DNA from: Nymphaea colorata
Taxonomy: Eukaryota
Length of the DNA: 64,000 nucleotides
Direction: 5' to 3'
NCBI RefSeq assembly: GCF_008831285.2
Contig: NC_045138.2
Location: 32,488,001 to 32,552,000, forward strand
Shown here: positions 49,491 to 63,678 of the stretch, one piece after another
How the letters are laid out: the number at the start of each line of letters is the position of its first letter
How positions within the stretch are numbered: the stretch's first letter is position 1
Position numbers and translations under genes: made by a program
Notes under the pieces: model-generated
What the model was told of the DNA's origin: nothing
What the model saw: only the letters and a program-made list of their open reading frames with translations
Databases searched by the model: none

Positions 49491-50959
49491 TTAGATTTAT
49501 GTTCACTCAATTTATCTCAGCTAATATAGAACAGCTCGACTGCTTACATTCTTGTCTTTGAGAAGATTTGACAGCTTCAGCTAAAACAGTAACACCGGCG
49601 CCTCGTCAGTTTTACAATGGCAATGACCTCAACTATCAACAATATCGGATGTGTGTGTATTTCGGCCAACCGACGTTCTACGAGTTTTATGATTGTTTGA
49701 CCAGATCCCACCCTCTGTTTTTCTGATTTGACTTGATGAGTTCGGGCGGTCAAACTTGAGTTTGAAAAAGGATCGGAAACTCAATACTGTGTCGATTGGA
49801 TTTGATGGCCCCTCAAATTCTCAATCAATTTAAACCCGTTGGTTTTAATGTAAATCAAAATTGGTGAGCACCTTGTATAAATCTAAAAGTATAAATTTTG
49901 GGTTTGTACATTTGGATAGACAAAAGTAATTTTTAGATGTTTAAATATGAAATGCATGGGCTAATGGCTTTCAATGCTTTCTATTAAAGATGTATGACAG
50001 ACCAAGTCTTACATAAATAGATTGCATCTGATATAGTTTTTGTTTTCCTAAGCAAGCAGATAAAAACGTGATAAATAGTTAATATTAAGACATAATAAAT
50101 TTGCAGGTTCCAATTCAGCCGATTGCATATGATCCGAGTATCCTTGCAAACTCACTTGCCGGGCACCTGTAGGCCCCATCTGGTTTCAGGAAAAAGAGGG
50201 ATTTATTCATATCTAACTGTGACGTGAAGAAGAAGAAGGCAAGCAGAAGCCATCATGGGCGTCCATAGAAAGTGAAATAATAGGATTTTACTGAGAAAAG
50301 TACTCAAAAAAGTCAAATTTAAAAAGTAACATGGAAGCTGCGGTTCCTATTTAAAAATAGCAACCTTCTCGCCTTCCTTTTTATTAGGTTCCAGAATTTA
50401 AAAAAACGGTAGAAGAAAAATAGACGTTGGGGAACCCTCCCATCTCTTCTTCGTCGAAACAGCTTTGACGCCAAAAGAGAGAGAGAGGGAGTCGAGGAGG
50501 AGGCATCATGGCTTTTGGGGTTAGTTCGGTTGGAAAAGGCATCTCCTTCTAGGCAGCATGGTTGAGCAGGTTAGACCTACGATCTGATCTCTGTCATTCT
50601 CATTACTTCTCCTTTATTTGTTGATTCCTGTTGGTCATCTCATTTGTCTTGCCCCTCTCAAACTGTAGAAGTAGAATCACAATGCGAGTTTCCTTGTGTT
50701 TTTTCATGCATCCGCAACGGGCATAGTCAATCGGGGATAGATTGCTCGGGCATAAAACTCGCTCTGGGTTAAATTTTTTCAACAAGTTTAAAAAGTTGGA
50801 TTTCTCTATGGTATAGAAACTTCTTCATCCATATTTGAGTTCGAATTCGAATGCGTGAACATCTATAAATAGAATTATGGTGTCCGATCCGTTAGATTAC
50901 CTACCAAAAAGCAACAAGTAATGTGAAATTAATTATGATTAGCAAGCAACCAAATCGTA

Positions 50960-51470
50960 GTTCGGTGAGCGTAGTGCGAGAGGGCTTAGGGTTCGCCTGG
51001 CACGAGCAGTGGGAACGAGTCCGGCTATGGCTGCCGGTCCCCCGATGGTCGATCCTCTTTCCCGGGGGCGGAAGACAGCGGCAAGGAGTCAGCTGCGGCC
51101 CCCCAATAGAAGTCACGATGGAGGAAGGAGAGTCTTCTCGTCGTTCCTGAGTATCGATTATGAGCAAGCAAGAGAAGCCGAAGCTGATGGATGTCGAAGA
51201 TGCTCAGGTCGCCTTCGATGGCAAGGTTCCAGTGATTCGTTTCTCCCATGAGGCAACGAAGCGTTTGAATGAACCCCTCAGGTTCTCGGCAGTGGCGGGA
51301 CTTGTTGGGGGAAGGAGCAGACCAGGGACGGACTAGGCCTATGCCCTTTTTCGTTGAAACAACAATGGAGCAGGGTTACAAAATTCCACAGTTTTCTATA
51401 GCAGGAAATGGCAGATTCTTGGTGAAAATTAATATGGAAGAAGAACCGCTGAGATCTTGAGAAGGCGCAC
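50960..51470 (+). mobile_element. L1-type LINE 5' end / ORF1 (DUF4283-like) remnant
   Basis: From ATG 51118: MEEGESSRRS*VSIMSKQEKPKLMDVEDAQVAFDGKVPVIRFSHEATKRLNEPLRFSAVAGLVGGRSRP...QQW...FSIAGNGRFLVKINMEEE, with stops and frameshifts. The pattern is typical of plant LINE ORF1 N-termini, with a GC-rich leader. Confidence 0.65.
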
Positions 51471-51917
51471 TTACTGAGTGAGCGGTCGCATGCTTGTTTC
51501 AACTTTTAAACTTTCTTTTACATGCTTTCTCATTCATTTTTTGCCATATGGCATGAACGCGCATGTGCACTTTGCATCACGTTTGGCCTGTTTCTGTTTC
51601 CTCTTTGTTCTTTAAATACGACACGATGATAATTTTTAAGTGTTTGTGCTTCACATTTCCTTGTACACCTTGGATGCGTGTCACTACTATTGAAGAAAGT
51701 AGAGCAGAGTATTGTAAGTGTGCTTTACAAATATCTGTCGGAAACATCCGACTGTCAACTTGATCTTTCTTCATCGTTCAACCCAACAGGTCTGACCTTA
51801 GATATTGGTCAGTGTAATTGGTTAATTCATCAAAGAATTTACTTCGTTACAATGTGCTTAAAATTTCATGTTTAGATTGTAATTTCGATCAAAACATTAA
51901 ACTGAAGGCGTGTGTCA

Positions 51918-51922
<5 letters not shown>

Positions 51923-51967
<45 letters not shown>
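51923..51967. repeat. (TA)n microsatellite
   Basis: About 22 TA units. Confidence 0.95.
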
Positions 51968-51971
<4 letters not shown>

Positions 51972-54049
51972 CGATTAATGGCATTCAAACAGAAAATACA
52001 TGAGCTTATCGTCAGAAGCAGATATTTAGATTTTCTCAAAGTAAAAACTTTTTGGCCTCTTTAGTATTATAATGAAAACACGTAATAATAATAATAACAA
52101 CCGTTCGCCAAAAAGTGTAAACGAGGTCGTCCAAGTATCTATTGTTGTGTTTAAATTTTAAAATGACAGTCCGGGCTACGACGTTCTCGTTAATGTTTGA
52201 ATAGGAAGAGAGGAGGTGTCTTCTACTGGTCAATGGATATCTTGGCCATTAGATGTCGTTGCACCTCCTAATCCATGCACCTCAATTTTCAGATGTCTAT
52301 GGATTTAAACCATTTTCCACTCCAAAATGTTTGGGTATAAAAGCTACTTGGTGCAATGTTGGATAGAAGCACCATTTCCAACATAATACACTTCACAATA
52401 TTTGATTCCATCAAAGAAAGTAGAGAAGAGTATTTCAATACACTTCATATTTAAAAGGATCTCCTTTTCGTTGAGCCAGTATCCAACTTTAGATATGTCA
52501 GAGAACCAGAGCAGTCTAGTTAATTGAATGGTCTCTAAAGAGGATGCCAACAATCTCTTAAATTGTAAGTTCAGGCTTGACCCAGATCTCAGTCCAGAGG
52601 TATGTTCTTGCATCAGCCTGTTTACTAGCTTCTCGAAACTTTTAAAAAATGTATCATCATAATTGTGTTTTATTTCTAGGAAACTTGGATCCCCCACTTT
52701 CCTTTCCTTAGCAGAGTAACTTGCTTCTTTCTCATGATGCACATGCACATTTTTCTTCATGAAAATTAATTCTTTTTCTACCTTTACAGGCTGTCTATCA
52801 AAGGCTATTGCTTCTTGTGCTTCAATGGTCGTATCAACAACTTTTGTAAACGTGAAGAAGATGCATGTATGTTTCCAAAGGTACGTCTTGTAATTGAACG
52901 CTCTAACCCTTGTTCTGGTCGAACTCATGAGTTTGCAAGTGTGGGGCACTCTCTTTGTGACACCTGGTATGCAGGTTTTCTTTCCTAGTTACCTTAGTTC
53001 CTTAAGTAAATTGTATTTTTTTTTTCTATTGAAACATGATGCTTATTTATACTTCTTGATCTTGAGATTGATAGCAATTATTTCTTATTTTTCTGTTCTA
53101 GTTTAGATTTATTTAACTGTTATTTGTTTGCCTTGTAATTGCATTGAGATTATGTCTAAAAAGGATTGCTATGTTATGTTGAAGTTGTTTTAGTTTTGCC
53201 AGCTTAGTTGTGATCTTGTAGCCCTTGCTTGGATAGTATCAGCTATAGGTTTTCTAAAGGATTGGCATTCACTTGCTGTCATTTTAAGTCTTGCATGAAA
53301 CTGTTGCAACATGGTAGGTAGCTACTTTCCATGTTTATGGTTATCACAGGAAATGCAAGCTGAAACTTTCAGGAAAAGCAGCTGAAATTTGCAAAAAGTA
53401 CAACGTGACAGAAATTAACAGTGAAAGGACATTCTTATATGATATGATGGCACATCTATAAGATAGGCACATCTAAAAAAAATAGTTAGGTTTGGGGAAT
53501 TGTGGACTAATGGGTTTTTGTGATTTTGTAATGGACACTTTAATTGTTGTGGCACCACTTTGTGTAATCATTGAAATCATTATTGCTAATTGTGGTAACT
53601 TGTATTTCAATGGTTATACTAGGTTGGTTGATTGATTTGTCGGTCTTGTTTTTGGTGCATGATCTCCAATTATCTCAAAGTTATTTTTTTGGTTTGTAAG
53701 ACAGGTAGGATTTAGATTTTATATGGTTTATAACTAGTGTTGTATCTGTACCTTCTTGCACATTGATCATAGGCTGAATGCTTAGGTATTATATTGTGAA
53801 CTGCAGTCTTGTATGGTATTTTGCTTTGATTTATGCATATCTTTTTTTGTCTTATTGCTTAGACAGTTATTTTTTAGCAAATATTATTTGTGCTATCTAG
53901 CAAGGTGCATGGTCTTTAGTTTGGCATAACATTCGGGGTCTAACAGAGTCCAAATCTGTAGTTGTCATTATGGTTTAACTGATGATTTTAGAAAACTTGC
54001 CGCGTAGGATTGGTTTATTTTGTTCTTCCTTAAGGAATGTGAAGAGCTT

Positions 54050-56200
54050 AACCCAAACCATTTGCCAAACCTGCAATCAGTTAAGGACCCAACATTTATG
54101 GGAACTTGTCCCCCTTAAACTAGCCTTTTGTGTAGAAGACACTATTTTATGGGAGCATTGGTGAAGTTTGTTTTTCTACCCAACCAACCCATCTTGTTTT
54201 TCATTTTGTCGTCTCTTTAGGGAGTATAGTTCCTTCCTCCTTTTGATATACCATTTGATGTCATGAATTTTTATAAAAGAAAAAGTTTTAAATTTTACTT
54301 AAAAACATTGTTAAAATTGTTTTCTCACACCATGATATATGCCTTTGGTTTATTCTTAGTACCTTCTCGAGTAAAAGGAGAAAATTTTAAGTTTTTGTTG
54401 TCAATCAATGGAAGAGGAAAGCTGAAAATTCCTGTATATGAGCGGTAAGGAAAAAACTTATGAAGCTGAGAAAGTCAAGACTAGAAAATGCTATTGACTC
54501 TGATGATCAAGCATCTACAAGGATTCAACAAGAAAATATCTTGAGAGAAAAGCCATAATGCTCTGTAAGATCTTGGCAGGTAGCAAAATGAGAGTTGAGA
54601 GATGGGTTCGGGGCTTGTGTAGTCGTTCCTTGAGTCGTTAATCGAGAGTATTGGGTAGACATATAGGTGATTTATGTCTGTCCCGTGAAGATAACGACTT
54701 ATGAACCTTTGGCTCATCGAAGCCCGTAAGCTGAAACGGGTGGGACACGTGACAAAGCTACACATTACCACCAAAGCGGTGGAGCTCCGTAGTAGCCTTT
54801 GGGGTGGTGAGGTATTCCCTCAAAGGTGAAGGTCAGCCTTGAAAAAAAAAACAAGAAAAAAAAATCGAAAAGCCAAAAGGCCAAATGCAAAAGAAAGAAA
54901 GAAAGAAAAAGAAGAAGAAGAAAAAAAAAAGTGTCTGCCAAGTGATGAAAAAGCATGAAGGTTGAACTCGCATGAATTGAATGTGACAATCTTTCATAGA
55001 TGTGCGATGTTGGGATCAATATCTGCTTCTCTTTCTTGATTACCTAAGATGCCGAGGATGATTCCTTTATGTTCATATTTTGGAAATTGAAAGACATCCT
55101 TCTAGAGATTTGATGGCATTGACGCAAAATGAATCTTGATGCTTGTACGGTACTATGGGTAAATGAAGGTCATACTATTTGCACAACACAGGCACTCTTG
55201 CTTATGAGTTAATTGATTGTTTTTGAACTATTTCAAAGTGAAAACTTGACATCTCTTGTTATATTTGTAGGCTTCCTAGACGTAGGACGAACTAACTAAT
55301 TCTCGTTGGTCTTGAAAGATGTTTGTCATTTCATTACCAAACCACTTGTCCATTCATGGAATAGATGAAATTCCTCAAAACCTAGTCCACTCATGCTGAG
55401 TGTGATGAATTTTCTATCATTTCCTCTGTCTCAGGAGACACAGATCATTAACTGAGTGTATTCAACATAACCCAGACTTAGGGTTGAGTCTGTCATGGAA
55501 GGCCTCTTATCTCTTTTCAAAAGAATTAGTCGATTTTGAATTGTTACATTTTTAAAAGTTCCATCCATCGAAGCTGCATTATGTCCCTGGGTCCGTCATG
55601 GTTTTAGACCAGGTTTGTACTCAGTTTCTTCGTGTCTTGTTAGTCGAATAGATGCTTTAGTTAAGCATTGTACATGTCCATCATAGGTCAAGGTCATTGG
55701 TTTGATTTGTTTTCAAGATCACATTCTGGTTTAGATAGAGTATTTTAGTTTTGTTGAGTTGACCCATTGTTGGTTTGATTTTCTGGTAGTTCAATTTTTT
55801 CTTTTATCGTCTACTTAGTGGTTTTCCAGCTTGTAGTGTTTATTTTTTCACTTTCGTTGTGAAATGGGTTTGTTTAGGAGCTTTGTTGACTTAGTTGTTT
55901 GATTTTCATTTTTCAATGTATTTACTCGATTCTTTTGATAAATAAAATCTGATCAAGGGGTATGTTGGTTGTTGTGTCGCATTTTGATACTTTGAATTGC
56001 ATACTTCATTGCTTAAGTTTTTAGGTTGCTTGGCTGAATATCTATGATGACATTATCATCGCATCTAAGGGGTCAGCATGTCAACTGCGAGTTTAAGTCT
56101 TGCTGTTTTGTGTAATAGTGCATATCTATTTTCATTAGTTTTAGGTTTCTAGAGGTAGGAACTGGAACTACTGATGGTGCACTACATTAAGAGTTGAAGG
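54050..56200 (+). mobile_element. Probable degenerate non-coding region of a large Gypsy (Athila/Tat-like) element
   Basis: A-rich AAAAGAAAG tracts at 54840-54930, a GC hairpin-like segment at 54770-54810 and T-rich LTR-like sequence. No coding motif; composition-based call only. Confidence 0.3.
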
Positions 56201-56432
56201 TGAAGAACAACAACAAGGTGGAGGGGAGAAAGTTGTAATTAACAGCTTGGGATTTGGAAATGCTATCCACTTCTTATATACAAAAAGGGCTACGTTTACA
56301 AATCCTCTAGGCTGTTGGAAGCCACCACCGAACGCCGCCTCAAGTCATCCTCTCCCGATGCCTCTTGCACTTCCCCTTGTGAGACTACCAACTTCGTTGA
56401 TTGCTGTGATGAAGGTGTATGGTTTGATGTGT

Positions 56433-59400
56433 TTGATTGCTGTGACGAAGGTGTATGGTTTGATGTGGCCGCTGCCGATGGGGTCGGTGTGTTGAAGTTG
56501 ATGATGGGGTCGGTGTGTTGAAGTTGATGTCCGCTGGTGAGGTTCAAGTCATTGTCAATTCCTTGTTGCCACTGGTTGATGGCATGATGATCAACTTTGA
56601 TGATTACTTTCTGCCTCTCCTTGCAGTTCAGGTATTCTCTTTCCATCTTCTGTGGATTAATTTCTTTGTCACCAGCTCTACCATCACTCTTTTAGGTGTA
56701 AGCTCTGTTATTCTTGATTTCCCACAAAAATTACATGCATGTGAGACTGTCAAAACTTACCCACTGTTTGTTTGGATGGAAGGATAGAAATGAATGGATG
56801 TAAAGGAAGGAAAAGAAAAGAAAGAGAAGGGAAGGGGATGAGAAGGGAAACGAGAAGAAAGGAAAATGAAGGACAGTCCACCATCGATCTTTATCTATTT
56901 TTTGGTCAAATTTAGGTGTTGAACTCAACTTTACGCCCTATTTCAGAATTTTTGGACCTGAAGATTTGATATTACAGATTTTTTATAAAACTCTGCTACC
57001 TGGGTGCGTGGAGTTGGAATTTCTAATATTTACCTGATTTTCCCCTAATTTTAGCTTTCTAAAGCTTATTTTGTCTAGTAAATCATGTCTAGTAAATCAT
57101 GTGCTAGTCTAGGAATGAGTTTTAGGGTAGGTAACATTGTGCTTGCATGGCCTCTTCTTGACGTGCATGCAAAGGGCGGATACCACTGAAAGAAGAAGCT
57201 CAAGAAGTGTAGGAGAATCCCAAAGCCATATTTTCAGCCCCTTGAGCATGTAAGCGTAGACCTCACAAGGAGTATTTTGTGTTTGAAGAGCTCCTACGGT
57301 TGGTGTTGGATAAAATTGAAGTTTAATTGGAGGAAATTTTCACGCACTGAAGGATGTGTGTTCATTTTGTTTGATCACTGTACATTTTTGTATATGATGC
57401 ACTGGTGCCATTATTTTGTTTGATCACTGTACATTCTTGCATATGATGCACTGGTGCCATTATGAAGGACAAGCTCAGGTGTCACAAGGGTTTGAGAAAT
57501 GACAGAAGGCACAAGGATTTGAGAAACTACCGGCCTACACAAGGATTCGACAAACGACAGGCCTTCTCACACTAGGTCTCTTTTGTTGGCAAGTTTTATG
57601 AGACGTGAACTCTCTAAGAAGTCAAGTTTTATAACATGTTTAATGAAGAGACTCTCTAGAACTAGCCCCTTGATCATGTGAGAGGCGATGAAGCCCATGT
57701 TAACCCTCTTAGGGAGTATTTTGAGCTTAAAGAACTCCTGCAGTTGGCCACCATTGAGATGCTGTTGACCCCAGAAATCTTCACGCTCCATAGATACCCT
57801 TGGAGACTTTAGGGTTACACAAAAACTTAATGAGGCTTACCTCTGGGTGAGACTCTTCTTCTGGCCTAACTTAGAGTTGGGAGAGTGCATTGGTTAATTG
57901 CTTACCTTGCTGCCCCCTATAATGGATGCTGAAGCAGTTCAGTTTGCTGCACATGAAGCCTTGGTTGATGCTCTGGAGGCTTACAATTCGTCCTAGAGAC
58001 ATTACATAGTAAAGATGAATAGCAATCCTATAGTGAGAGAGTCAGAAACTAGAATCATATTGGATTCTTTAAAGAACAAGGGGATGAAAAGCGAAAGGAA
58101 AATGAAGGAAAGTCCACCTTCCACCTTTATCTATTTTTTGGTCAAAGTTAGGTATTGAACTCAACTTTACACCCTCAAAATTTCAGAACTTTTGGACCTG
58201 ATGATTTGATGTTATAGAATTTAAAATTTTTATTAAACTCTGTTTTCTGCTACCTGGGTGCCTGGAGTTGGAATTTCTGATATTTACCTGATTTTTCCCT
58301 AATTCTAGCTTTCTAAAGCTTATTTTGTTTAGTTCAAATCCCTTAGGGTAGGTAACATCATGGGTGGGTGGCTTCTTCTTGAAGTGCATGTGAGGGGCTG
58401 GAGACCACTGAAAGAGGAAGCTCGAGAAGTATAGGAGAATCCCAAAGCTGTATTTTCAGCCCCTTGAGCATGTGAGAGGTGATGAAGCCCATGTTAGACC
58501 TGGTAAGGAGTATTTTGTGCTTCAAGAACTCCTATGGTTGGTGTTGGATAAAATTGAAGTTGAAACGGGTTGGAGACGTGTGCGGTTTCAAGAATCGGGT
58601 TGGAGAGGTAGAACCAGGTTGGAGAGGTCGAACCGAGTTGGAGAGGCATCTCAGAGATTCTAGGAACCGGTTGGGGAGGCATCTCAGTTTCAAGTACCGG
58701 GTTGGGAGTTATCTCGGTTTCAAAAACAATATCTCGATTTCAAAAATCGGGTTGGGGAGGCATCTAAGTATCAAGAACCGGGTTGGATTGGGGATGCATC
58801 TTGGTTTCACTACAACAAATAACAAATATATGCGGTTTGGGTTGAGGATGCATCTCAGTTTCACTACAACATGTAACAAATATATGCGGTTTCAAAAGCG
58901 ATTCCTCCGTTAGACATGCCTGACTAGCCTATCAGGATGCAATTTTTATTGTTAGGGAATTTGAAAATAATGAGCAAGTAAATCGATGGCGGTACCTTTT
59001 CCATTTTATGCATCAAGAGCAAAATTGTTTAAATTTGTTTGTGTAGCACCCTGTCCGTTGCTATGCCGAGCTCGCTTGGCGGAAGAACAGCAGTAGCAGA
59101 GTAGGGATTGGTGGCCTCCAAAGGCCCTCCACTGGCTGGACGAGCAGCTCAGCCGAAATGGTTCTCCTCGTAGCAGGTAAGTTACAGAGAAATCAAGTCA
59201 TGAGGGAGAAACAGGGGATTGCGATGGTTGTGCACTTCACCGGATGGACAGATTTCCCGTTGAGATCAAACGGGGGGTGTCTCTCTCAACTACTCCCCCA
59301 CAGGGTCTCTACGAGGAAGGCAGGAGTAGAGGATGGACAAGGGAGGCTCGGGAACAGGAAAGGCCGCAGCGCTGCTTCCGTCGCACCCCAGTTGGACTCT

Positions 59401-62400
59401 CGCTGAGATGATTGCAGGAGAATAATATAAACTGAGATAAGTTTTTGTCTGGAGACCGGTCGGGGGAGGCCGCACTGCTTCCGTCGCTCCCCAGTTGGAC
59501 TCTCGCTGGGACGATTGCAGAGAATAATATAAACTAAGATAAGTTTTTGTCTGGAGACCTTACCAATCGGTCGGTCGAGAGTCCCAGCAATAGATGTCTG
59601 GGGAAGCAGAGGATTCACGACTGCGCTCCCTCGTTCAGATGCCCGAACAGGGGACGCAGGAAACAGGGACAGAGAGGGTGGCCGGAAGTTTGTCTACTCC
59701 GACCAGCTCCGGCAGTCTCTGTGAGCTCAGGTTCTTTCGATCCGTAGCTGAGAGGAGGATCTCCCTGGAAAATCTTGCACGGAGAGGACACTTGTAGAAT
59801 TAGCGCCTTGTAGAATTAGCGCCTGATTTTTGAATGGAAGTGGTGGAGCAGAGGAAGATGGCAGAACAGGCGATCGGAAATCGCCTGATTCCGGCAAACT
59901 CCGGCACCGGTTCCAGTCGAGCACTGGACCGTTGGATGCGCAACTTTCGGGCGATGCTACAGGTCTTTGAAGTTTCAGACGGTGGTCGGGTTGCCTGCGA
60001 CGCGGTCTCAGAGGCAGAAACAGGCGGAGGGACTTGGATCAATTCCGACATGCTCCGGCAACGGTTCCGGGCGAGGTTGGGCTTGTTGGATCCGACACTA
60101 ACCCACGGTGTTGTCTGAGCAGTTTGAGGGCCAGCGGAGACCCGCGTCGGCGGTGGTGTGCAGTTAAATCAGGGGCGCTGGAAATCTTACTATTCCAGTG
60201 GGGACTTCCTCTGACGACAAGATATGGCTCGATGGAACCGCAAGCGAGTCGGGGATTCTGTATCCGGTGACGTGAGCTTACTGATGGAAAGGAGAACCTT
60301 GATTATGATGGGGAGCGGTGCGCAAGACCAAAAATTTTGGGGGCTTCTGCAAGAGGTAACCTCGCTGCCAAGGGCATCCACGAGTCTCATTCGGAAGGGT
60401 TTGCGGCCATTGGTGTGGTCACCAGCAGAAATACAGCAGCTTGGCTTGCAAGAGGGACGAACCACCAAGTGCACCGCACACGGCCGAATGGGCCTAATCC
60501 TCAGCAGCAAGAAGAGGGGCAACAAGGCGGGTTGAGGCCCAGTTAGGGGAGCTCCACTGGGCAGAGGGCACGTTGGAGAGGAAGAGACACGATCTAGGTG
60601 ATTTCCTGGCAGGTGCCAGCGCTTGCATAGTTGCAAGTGGCGCCGACGAAGGGCTCGGTTCCATAGCGTGTCGAACTGTTCCATAGCGTATCGAACCAAA
60701 CCAAGTCGACGCCAAAAACCCGAATAGACCCGGTTCAGCGGTCGACTCAAACAAACTGAGTGGATCCGAACCCTCCGAAAATGTCCAGAGGCCCCCAGGT
60801 CCGGTCTACAACCCGACTCGGACCCCTGTCCAGTAACCCATGACGCGCCTCGGACCCAACCCGACTCGGCATGTTTGTGTGTCCCGCCTCGGTCTTCCAT
60901 CGCATCCCCACCTGTGTCGCTGTGGCCTTTTCCTTCATTGGTTCTTCCCAAATGCCTTCCTCAGGTGGATGAGCAGGTGGATGAGCAAGTACGTGCTCAC
61001 AATCGATAACTTTCTTTGAGCGTCGCCTCCTGACGCTCGTGTTAAATCCGGGGATGGCTACGTCGAACGGGAGAAAGGTGAGTTACGGTTTCTGGGGCGG
61101 GTTTCCAGAGTGTTTATTTTTATGTTTTTTGTGTTTTTTATTGGATTTTGGATATTTCGAACATGGCAAGTTTTCAAGATTTCTTTCTTATTCTTGTGGT
61201 GCTTTTGGAAATCTATGATGCGGATCTGATGTTTTTGTGCATCATCGGATTCGCGCTCTGCTCTTGAGCGGTGCTCCCTCTTTTTTTCCCTCATTGGTTC
61301 TTCCCTAATGTCTTCCTTAGGCGGATGAGCCAATACGCGCTCACAGTCGATAACTTCTTTGAGCGTCGCCTCCAGAAGGTTGTGTTATAGTCGGGGATGG
61401 CTACGTCGAACAGGGGAAAGGTGAGTTAGGATTTCTAGGGCAGGTTTCAACAGTGTTTATTTTTTTATTTTGCGTTTTTCATTGGATTTCTGGATAATTC
61501 AAACATGGGAAATTTAACAGATTTCTTTCTTATTCTTGTGGTGCTTATGGAAATCGTTGATGCAGGATATGGCGTTTTTGTGCATCAACGGATTCAGACT
61601 GTCTGCCCTTGAGCGGTGCTCCCTTTCTTTTTCCCCCATTGGTTCTTCCTTAATGCGTTCCTTAGACGGATGAGCCAGCCAGTACGTGATCACAGTCGAT
61701 AACTTCTTTGTCTCCAGACGCTCATGTTAAAGTCGGGGATGGCTACCTCAAACAGGAGAAAAGTAAGTTAGGGTTTCTCAGGCTGGGATGCTCGATGTCT
61801 TGGAACCTTGGCCTTGTCATCCTCTGCCCACTCACAATCTCAAGGACTATGACCTCAAGACAGCTGGGTTGGGACAATTGAAATAGGAAAGTTCTAATTC
61901 AATATCAGACGGGGAAGAGAGTTTGATCTTAAAAGCAATCACAAGGGTTTTGATTTTCGTTCTACTTGGTCTTCTTGTAGTGTGCATGATTGTTGTGGGG
62001 ATGTGCCTAGGGTTCCGACCTTGACTTGCTCTGGTTTTTAAGGATCGGATTTAGGAAAATCAACAATTGAATGAGAATCGAGCCACTCGCTTTTGCCGCC
62101 ACAGTTTTGGTCCTTATTTTTTTGTTCGGTTTACTAACTACAGTTGTCTTTTCCTGTAGAGCACCTCACTGTCAGTTAACAATATTCTTGCATGTTGTGG
62201 GTCTATGTGTGGAGGTGGCTGTGATGGAGGCTGGCCTATCAATGACTGTCAATACTTTGTCCAAAATGGCGTCGTCACAGAAGAGGTATAATATTAAAGA
62301 TTGATATTCTGTAGCTCGGTCTTTGAATTGTGTAGTAGACATAGTTTCCCAAACGAGTAACCATGTAGAAATCCTTCATCAAATGTGCTGCTGATTGACT

Positions 62401-63189
62401 TCTTTTGGTATGCATTATACAGTAAGAGCTAAATTTATCCTATGCTTGGGATTCCTTCACGGATATAGCAATCTTTATGCACTATTTTTGAACATAGAAA
62501 TAATATGCCTAAAGATGGGGATGAGAATGGAAGTGCAGCCGATGTTCTTAAGAAAGGAGATGAGAGGATAGGTTCTGGTCTTCAAGCTGCACAGCTGCAT
62601 TTTTCACACATCCTCCACTCACATCGGTATTTCCAAAAGTACAACAAGGCTCAAGCTAAGCCAAAGAATGGAAAGGAAGAAGGTTGAAGATGCCCGGCCA
62701 AAAAAAACCCTCGTTGCCTGTTCATTGAAAGTTCAACCAAATTTTACATTTGATTCTTGGAATTCATCCTCTGGTGTTGGTTTCGGCTTTGTGTTGAGAG
62801 AGAATTTCTTCATTTGAAATTATAAAAAAAGCAAAAAAAAATAAGAAAAGGAACTGATATATGCTGAAAAAACCAAAGTCAACCGGCTGCAATATAGATT
62901 TCTCAGCTGAAGCCTTCCTTCTGATTTTCTTTTTCCTTTTTTTTCTACAATCTTATGTGCTACAAATTGTATTAGATATACCATGTTAACCAGTGAGTAT
63001 AAACTATAAAGTGATTCTCTATCCCTCGAACTTGGCTTGTGAACGTCTCTACTAATAACTCATACTAGAATTCAAAACCAATTCATCATAAGTAGCTAAT
63101 CAATCATGAAACCATTCATGTAACATACATACACACATAGAAGCTTGAAGGATGCTTGTCCACCAAGAACAGTCCAAGATGCCCGCCCT
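56433..63189 (+). repeat. Segmental duplication, right copy (partner 1-5952)
   Basis: Near-identical to 1-5952 but retains 113 bp and 658 bp segments missing from the left copy. Confidence 0.95.
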
Positions 63190-63678
63190 TCAAAGCTGTC
63201 TGTCACCCCCAAACTAGCCTTGTTGATGTCCAAGATGCTCATCTGCCAACCAACAAATTGTCCAATTCACTTGATGTTCTTTAAAGTTTTTAAGCTTGAA
63301 CGTTAAGCTTCCTAAAAGACATTAATTACACATTTAAAGCGGAAGGTAAAATATAGGATGACTTCATGTAAACTAGCACAGAACTTCCAGGGTCTATTTG
63401 GGTCTATATTTTTTATAAAAGATTTTATAGAAGTTCAAATTTTATGATTAAGTTATTGAAGATTCCAAGGAGTAATCATACATAATAAGAACTTATTTGT
63501 TTCGATAACTGTTAAGTACTGGGAGTAATTTTACTGGTCGTTCAGATTCTTCTAATGGGACCTTGCATTCTGTAGTAGCATAGGCAGCATTTACTTGTTA
63601 TGGATGTCCATGCAGAGAAATTTTTCCTATTTTTTAGATGCAACTTTGAACCTAACCTAAATTATGCAATTTGCCAAC

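Noticed and set aside
52344..52949. 201 aa minus-strand ORF
   Set aside because: Non-ATG start and no motif I can recognise; possibly TE-derived. Needs BLASTX/HMMER before any call.
52956..53945. Possible solo LTR (TGTGACACC...GGTCTAACA)
   Set aside because: Flanks CTCTT and GAGTC are not a target-site duplication, and no PBS or PPT is adjacent.
59639..59656. tRNA-Lys PBS-like TGCCCGAACAGGGGAC
   Set aside because: Lacks the initial TGG and an adjacent LTR end; likely chance.
60190..60951. Longest ORF (253 aa)
   Set aside because: No recognisable domain; GC-rich repeat with open frames on both strands; disrupted by the 658 bp deletion in the left copy.
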